In this document: one piece after another, positions 23,772 to 31,043 of the stretch
Position numbering within the stretch: the first letter of the stretch is position 1
Layout: every line of letters begins with the position of its first letter
The notes under the pieces: model-generated
What the model was told of the DNA's origin: nothing
The model's input: the letters and a program-made list of their open reading frames with translations, nothing else
Databases searched by the model: none
Program-made: the position numbers and the translations under genes
DNA from: Bugula neritina
Taxonomy: Eukaryota; Animalia; Bryozoa
DNA length: 31,043 nt
Assembly: GCA_964035545.1 (NCBI GenBank)
Contig: CAXIUT010000192.1
Span: 1-31,043 of the forward strand
Direction: 5' to 3'

Positions 23772-26471
23772 TCAATTTCTTCTTCTTTTATTGACAGGTT
23801 CTGATTCAGATGAAGAACTCGAACTACTATCACTTGAGTCTGATGAAACACTAGGTGCTTTTTTTGGAACTGCTTTATGAGCCACTTTTACAGAAGATTA
23901 TGATGAAGAATCTGAAGACGAAGATATTCCTGATGATGATTCATCTTCAGATATTTAAACTCTTTTTTTAGAAATCTGGGCTTTAGAAGGTCTTTTCTTT
24001 ACAGGTGTTTCAGAAGATGAACTACTTCTTCTTCTTCCTCTCTTAGGACTATCTCTTCTTTTTCTATTAGTACGATGACGTTCTCTATCCGAGCTCTAAC
24101 TTCTTTCTCTTCTTTTTCGATTAGCTTATCTTTTTTCCTGTTATCTTTTCCTTCTTTACCTTTAATATTATTTTTATTATCTTCTCTTTTCCTATCTTTT
24201 CTTAGCTCTTCTTTCTTAGATTTATCTTTCCTATCTTTATCTTTCAATCTGTTTTTGACGAGCTCTTTACTTTTATTTTTATAATTATCTTTACTTTTGT
24301 CTTTATCTTTCTTAACGTTATTTTTATCTATGTCTTTCTTACCTCTATCTTTACTTTTATCTTTACTTCTATCTTTGTCTTTATTTCTACCTTTTTCTTT
24401 ATTTTTATTTATATCTTTCTTATTAACTATTATCTGAATTAGAACTTGAACTTCTTCTTTAATCTCTTTCTCTATGTCGTCTTTATCGATGTCTTTATCT
24501 GTCTCTTTCATATTAATCTCTTTATCTATGTCTATCTCGAGAACGATCTCTTCTTCGATCATGTTATCTTGACCTTTCTCTTCTTTTATTTTTTTATTGT
24601 TCTCTTTATCTTTATCTTTATTTTTCCCTTTCATATCTTTACTATTCTTTCAATCTTTTTGCCTCTTCTTTCACTTTCATTTATTCCATAGCAATTTTCA
24701 TCATTTCTTCTTATTCCTGAAGTAAAAGCTGTGCCATTGCTTCTTCTTCTTTTCTTTTCCTTTAATTAATAATTTATTCTTGAAGAGCTAAGACTTCTCT
24801 CATTTCCTAAGTTAACTTACCCAATCCAATAGCTGTATAATAGTTAATAGCAAATCTCAAGTCGTTCGGATTATCTATTGGAAATAATCCTCGATAATAT
24901 TCTCTCATATCTTCTTTTTTGAATTCCTAAGCCAAGTTATTAATTCCCATATTTTATCCAATATCTTTCAAAAATATTTTAAGAAACATTCTAGCTGCAG
25001 CAGTAGTTGAATCAGGAGTTAATCTAATCACCTCAAAAATTTTCCAATCAAGAGCCTTTCGATAGAATAAATGTCCATATAAATGAGCAAGATTTCTAAT
25101 TTTATTGGCTTCTTGCTTGAAGATATTATTATAATTATTCAGAAATGCCTGAAGAAACAATTCTTTGTATTTATCATCAACTACACAAAACCTTTCAGCA
25201 AGCAAACCAAAAAAGGATTGATAGATCCTCTCCATCATACAGCATTCAAGTATCATATCAACTAACTAGTGTTCATATCCCTTAGCTATATTCATTTTTA
25301 AAATTTTATGGGCACATTCTTAAAAGTTAACAGTGGATTGAATGGCAAGATATATGGTTTTTCTTAGATTTATTAGGTCTTGTTCTGTTAGATCTTGAAT
25401 TCCTTCTTATTAAGGTTCTTAATCCCACTATTCCTCGTATTATTATACTTCTTTCAATCTGGCAATATTTTATTAACCAAGAATTTCCATTTTAACCTTT
25501 TACCATTATTATTCGTTTTCTAGATAGTTAGAATCATTTTTAAACATATTGATTTTTTATTCTCCATCAATTTAATCTTCGAGATCCATTTAGTGTGTAA
25601 TCTGATCTTCTATTTCAACTAAATCAAGATCAGTAATAACTCCAGGATGATCCTTGAATCCTGTTTTTCTTACAGCAAAAAGATTTTCAATACTATATTG
25701 AGCTTTTTGTTCGATTTGTGCCTCGTGAAGAAGTCCTTTGAATCTTTAGAAGATTGCTACAGAACCAGCAGGAGAAAGTTAAGATAAAACCTGACCTATT
25801 TCAATTGTAAAATCACAAGCGATTTCAACTGAATCTTCAGTAGGATTCGACAATAAAATCATCAAAATTTGCAAAGCAACATATTATCCCAGAATACGTT
25901 GATTGACCAAATGTGCTATCATTTTAGTAGTGGCTACACATACAATTTTATTATTTCTTGAAAAGGAACGTTTGAATTGAATAAGTACTCTTTTGATTAT
26001 AAGTAGACCGATTTATGGTACTTTGGTGTTAATGACTGCTATTAAAGCTGCATAGACATGAGTGAAATTAGGAGATGCCATTTGAGCTTTTATGATTGAC
26101 CTGGCAAGTAATCCTCTGCCTCTATAAATATTTTAGTTGAAGAGTTAAATGACAACATTTTGAATATTAGCGATGTTTACTTTATTGACAATACCATTGA
26201 TGGATTTTCTTAAGAGTTCCCACATCATTTTTTGATGAGCTTCACCAGCTGGATCAGCTTCTAACATTTATTTTTGAAGTTATCTTAGTTTATGTGGAGG
26301 AATATATACACCTCCAGCTCTTCTGATTCCTTTGTTCTAATTTTAAGTTTTGATTTGTTGGTTATACTGCTACATTAGGAAACTAGGTTGTTATCGTAGA
26401 GATTAGATAAGAGTTGTATTGCGTGATGGAGGCTAATAAGCTGGACGTTAAGTCCCTTATCCTTCAGCCAT
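23772..26471 (-). CDS. CWC22: Pre-mRNA splicing factor CWC22 (MIF4G + MA3 domains, RE/RD/RS-rich tail)
   Basis: [111 protein letters not shown]. 2700 nt, apparently intronless. Confidence 0.97.
24000..24640 (-). repeat. Low-complexity AGATAA/AGAGAA-type coding repeats (Arg-Glu/Arg-Asp/Arg-Ser tail of CWC22)
   Basis: Reads [45 protein letters not shown] with TAA as Glu. The track ORF 23999-24634 is an off-frame shadow of this region. Confidence 0.85.
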
Positions 26472-26629
26472 TTATAAGAGATATAAATCAATTATTAAAC
26501 TTAAATAATGATAAATAATGATAGTTAAGTAGCATTAAATATGATTTTATAAATTAAGATAAAATCTTTATGTTGAGTTTAGTTGATTTGATTAAGCATC
26601 TTTTATGACGTCAAATATAATTGTTTACA

Positions 26630-27893
26630 ATGGCAAATCGACTCTAGTTTATTAACTAAACCATAAAAAAAGATAAATACGTTGATTCTAGCTTTGACTA
26701 CTTAAGTTTCGATAACTTTCTTACACCAGAATAAAATGTTTTTTTACTTTGATTTAGGATATCAGAAAAAGATTACGTCAATTTATGGAAGTAGAAGTTA
26801 AAGAAGCAATTATTCCCTATGTAGAAGAAGCAAAGTTTCCATAATTTTTAGTATAAAAGTTAAGAAATACTGGAATAATGAAACATCTCTTCAAGAAACC
26901 ATATGGTGCTGGAACATCAGGATTACTTCAAGGAGTACTTACAGCAGAGATCGCGAGAGTTGATCCAGGATTTGCAACATTTGTTATTGTGCAAGCTGGA
27001 CTTCTTGGATTTACTATTGAAGCTCTAGGATCTGAAGAACAAAAAGCTAAATATCTACCTAAGATTATCAACTTAGACTGGATAGGAGGATGGGCACTTA
27101 CTGAAGATAAAATTGGTTCTGATGCTTCAAATTTGGCAACAACAGCTACCAAATAAGGAAATACGTATAAATTAAACGGAGTTAAAAGATGGATGGGAAA
27201 TGCTAATAGGGATTTGCTAGTTGTTTTCGCTAAAACATAAAAGAAACAAGTTTAAGGATTTATTCTTGAAACTCACAACAATCCTAAAGGATGGAAATCA
27301 TAACCTATCAAAAATAAACTTGGTCTTAGAATTGTTCAAAACTGTCATGTTGAACTTAATAATGTTTAAATAGGAGAAGAACATAAACTACCAAAAGCTA
27401 CAAACTTCCAAAAAGGTGCAAATGTAGTCTTAAAACATTCAAGACCTATTGTTTGCTGGATTGCTATTGGAACATGTATTGGCGTCTATGATAATGCTAT
27501 TAAATATACTAGAGAAAGAAAACAGTTTGGAAGACCAGTAGCAGGTACTTTGATATTTATTTAGGATTCCAGTTGGTACAAGAAAAACTTGTTAGAATCA
27601 TGGCTAATGTTCAGGCTATGATGATGCTAGCTTGGAGAATTTCTAGCTTATATGATAAAGGAACTGTATAAATGGGTCAGATAGCTCTAACCAAAGCTTG
27701 GATTACATAAAGGGCAAGAGAAGTATGTAGACTAGGCAGATAAATTTGTGGAGGTAATGGTCTTGTTCATGAAAATTTCGTTATGCGGGCTCTAACTGAT
27801 ATGGAAGGTATTTATACCTATGAAGGTTCATATGAAGTAAATGCCTTAGTAGCTGGTCGTGATCTAACAGGACATGCAGCTTTTGTGAAATGA
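26630..27893 (+). CDS. Acyl-CoA dehydrogenase-family flavoenzyme, ACX4/glutaryl-CoA dehydrogenase-like
   Basis: FDNFLTPEE, WALTEDKIGSDAS, YKLNGVKRWMGNA, KLGLRIVQN, RERKQFGRPVAGFQLVQEKL, GREICGGNG, IYTYEGSYEVNALVAGRDLTG. 20-nt introns 26738-26757 and 27545-27564 give 1224 nt. Confidence 0.95.
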
Positions 27894-27940
27894 TCTATTA
27901 TGTTAACATGATGAATATATCAACTCAAAATATAAATAAA

Positions 27941-30537
27941 TCATTGAAGAAGAGCTTCAAAAGAGTTACTTTTTGACAAATAGCTATGTTTTTCTAGTTT
28001 TTTGAATGTAGAAAGGTCAAATTTTTAATTTTAAACTAAAGACTTGAGTTCATTTAACCTTTTTCGATAACTTTTTTCGATAATCTATCTAAAGAACTAC
28101 TGTATTTTTGGGAATAAATAGCACTTACGAGTCATATTTTTGCCTGGACATTTAGGATCTAGAATTTAGAGATCAGCTCTTTACCTCATATCTTATTCTT
28201 AATTCTTCTTTTATTTTTTTGAATAAAATATACTTGACTTTCCATAGTTAAGAAGGTCGATCCCAGTCTACTTTTAATCGAACTAGTAACCATAGAAAGT
28301 TAACAATTTCTCAAATACAAGACTCACATCATTTTACTAGTTTAGTTTCTTCTCATAAATAAAACTAACTATCAAAACAATCATTGAGAAAGTATTCAAT
28401 CCTCCTTGATATGTTTTATGAAAATCTTTATCTTGAAGAAGAAACTTTAAAACAATAACAATATAGTGCAAAGTTGGTATTTATCTTAGCCATGAATTAA
28501 TCGTTTGAGTTGATATTATGCCTAAGTGGTTGGATTGTGATAGAATATTCAATGTTTCAATAGTTATATCTGCCTCAATGATACCACTATTATGAATTCG
28601 ATTCAATCTTTGATATACCTAGCCATATTGAGGATCTAAACATACTATAGAAGTGTCTATTTTTAATTTGATGATAGGAATACTTGCAGTACTTATGACT
28701 TTAATGTCAAATATATAAGGTTGAGATGAGAATATTTACTGAAGACTTTCCAAAGCTCCTTGTAATTTAAGATGGTCTGGTAAATATTAATAAAATCCAA
28801 GAATATTATTTTTGATAGCAATATCTATGTCACTATTCTTTATTGAAATTCCACTTGCACAACTACCAAAGAGCTAGATTTATATATTGTAGTAGTTAAG
28901 AAGGAATTTAATCCTTTCAAAGGCAACAAACCGTCTTTCATAATAGATATTAGCTTCTTCACTTATTTTATCAGCAAATTCTACAATCTATTCAGACATT
29001 ATGCTTAGATTCATTTTCTTTATTTCATCAGTTGAAATAAGCATTTTCTATGGATCTATTTTTGAGTATTTTTAACAATATATTTATAATTTATTTGTTT
29101 CAACTTTCTATAAATATGGTTAATATTTTTCCTATATCTTTTTCTATATCTTTTGTTAGTATTTTATTTCATGCTTTTCTTACTTATTTCTTTTTCTTTT
29201 GTAGTGTTTTTTCTTTTCAGTCACTTAATTTTTATAGCTCTCATGTCCTTCTTTATTTTTTTAAAACTAAATTTTCTTTTCTTCCATTTTAAGTGATAAA
29301 ATTGGAGAAGACTAATCAAATTATGTCATTTTCCTCTTTCTATGAAACCTTTTATCCCGCTCAGTAACATTTGTTTCATTTGATTCAATACTAGCTAATG
29401 AAGTTTTATGCTTAAGCTTTTTCCTTTTGATAGGATTTAACCTCTGCTACTTCTCCTCTATTTTTGCATTGAACATATGTTATTTTTATGTTTTTTCAGT
29501 ATAATTAGGTTTAAAAGCCTTTCTTTTTCTATTTTTATCCACTTCTTTTTTCCAATAGAGATATAATAATTCATGATATTTGACTATTTAACAGGTAACT
29601 TTTTTTATCTTACATTTGAAAATTCTATTACAAAATTCATTCTTTTATAATTTAAGCAATTATGATGCCTCTTTATCCAATTATAAGAAATCTATCTTGA
29701 TTTAATTCTTAATAAGATAATTCATAACTTCTTTGATATCATTAAAACCTAAATTATCAATAATTTTTACCTAAATAAACCATATTTAACTTTTGATCTT
29801 AAGTCAAATATTTATAATAAGCACTAAATTACTTTTTTCTTCTTCTTTCTTCTTATAAACTCTTAGATAAAAACTCCGAGTTAAAGACGCTTTCTCTATA
29901 GCAAATAAGAATTTCTTGTCTTAGATAATTTATTGTTGTAACTGCAATTTCTTCAACATTTTTACATATCTTTATTTTTTCATTTACGACTTCTATTTCA
30001 TCACGATGCTTAATTACATCTTGAAGAAGTTTCACTGATGGATTTTCAACTGTACAAGTCAGCAAATCAAATAGTTTTTCAGGACATTCAAGTAAGCTAT
30101 AGTCAAAACAGATGTGGTCAAAAAATTATCTACCATCAGAGACAAATGTTATCGAATCAAAGAATCCCTATATTGATAAATGAATACTTTTTAAGCTTTT
30201 TTGAGAATCTTTCTATTCTCAAAGTGAGATTCACCTCTGGCAATAACTTAGCATTTATTTGTCTGTATCTAAGGGCAGCGTTAATGAAGAGTGTGTTCAA
30301 GCTCTAAAAGCTTTTTCTGAATGTTATTTGGAATTTTAGCTGAATATATTTTAAGAGCCAAAAAGCGTTCTTACATGGGAAGAGATCTTATCCTTTATAA
30401 GGAGACATTTACCATTGGTTGAAAGAAGTTCTAAGTGCTGGAAGAGATTTTTGTTAGAGTTGTGAGATGTTAAGGAGTTGTTTTTATTCGTTGTGAGAAG
30501 AATAAGAGATTTTTGATAGCTATGATGATACAATCAT
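27941..30537 (-). CDS. Non-canonical poly(A) polymerase / terminal nucleotidyltransferase (Trf4/PAPD5-like) with long N-terminal extension
   Basis: LFGSCASGISIKNSDIDIAI, ISTASIPIIKL, ADITI, VIVLKFLL...TYQGGLNTF, and PAP-associated LEILDP. 20-nt intron 30187-30168; frame break near 30360; the N-terminal half was not fully resolved. Confidence 0.88.
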
Positions 30538-30976
30538 GATTTTGCTAATTATATACAATAAAATAATAAATTCATTTGTTCTTAAGTTGAATTATAATGT
30601 TATCAACAAATATTTAATAACTAATTTGTCACTAAATCTAATCTAATTGTATTTTTAATGAAAATCATACTCGTATTTATAATTTTAAATACTATCATAT
30701 CATAAAAAATTGACATTCATTCGAGTTCTTTTGAGCTTATTTAATTTATTTTTATTTTTTGAAATTCTATAAAATAAAGAATCCTTAAAGTTCAAAAATG
30801 ACTAAAAGTATTTTTGAAAAAAAGTTTGATGTTAAAAAATAGTTTTTTCTTTATAATGTTTGGAAAAAACATTTTTAAGAGTTCAAAATAAATTTTGAAT
30901 TAGTAAATGACTATTAATTAATTTGATAGATTTTTTTTTTCGGATATATACCATGGTTATCATATTTTTGTAATTA

Positions 30977-31043
30977 GGGGTTGGGGTTGGGGTTGGGGTT
31001 GGGGTTGGGGTTGGGGTTGGGGTTGGGGTTGGGGTTGGGGTTG
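30977..31043 (+). repeat. Right telomere, (GGGGTT)n
   Basis: Perfect G4T2 array at the sequence end, in the opposite orientation to the left telomere. Confidence 0.99.

Noticed and set aside
24000-24640. Repetitive purine/pyrimidine tract as a satellite or CRISPR-like array
   Set aside because: No fixed repeat-spacer structure; it is the low-complexity coding tail of CWC22.
23772-27893. Standard ciliate code (TAA/TAG = Gln, table 6), suggested by the Tetrahymena-like telomeres
   Set aside because: Conserved columns in CWC22, the acyl-CoA dehydrogenase and EngB call for Glu, not Gln.
579-30533. Most ORFs in the supplied six-frame track (e.g. 8699-8965, 9824-10012, 23999-24634, 24075-24284, 29050-29292)
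   Set aside because: They were computed with TAA/TAG as stops. They are antisense or off-frame shadows of K/E-rich genes, or fragments of longer genes.
30538-30976. tRNA, rRNA or other structured RNA in the right subtelomeric region
   Set aside because: Only A/T tracts are visible and no cloverleaf or conserved RNA motif was recognised by eye. A covariance-model scan would be needed to exclude one.

Overview
The window is a complete telomere-to-telomere ciliate macronuclear minichromosome of 31,043 bp, with (CCCCAA)n at 1-81 and (GGGGTT)n at 30977-31043. It is very AT-rich and gene-dense. The supplied ORF track is misleading because it uses the standard code. Hand alignment of conserved proteins (CWC22, an ACX4-type acyl-CoA dehydrogenase, EngB/YihA, TPR repeats) against remembered family motifs indicates that both TAA and TAG encode glutamate and TGA is the only stop. 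This is the peritrich-type code (NCBI table 30), not the Gln code of Tetrahymena/Paramecium. Re-read in that code, the molecule carries about 16-18 genes, many separated by only about 40-60 bp. All twelve introns I could define confidently are exactly 20 nt, GT..AG. Genes include an HTH protein, a pseudokinase-TPR protein, a TBC Rab-GAP, a SPRY protein, a degenerate four-domain Cav/Nav-like channel, a GT2-like protein, a RING-B-box-coiled-coil-LRR protein, EngB, CWC22, an ACX4-like flavoenzyme and a Trf4-like nucleotidyltransferase. Several genes need one extra base, mostly in short homopolymers, to stay in frame; this is probably long-read error but is testable. All translations were done by eye and no database searches were run.
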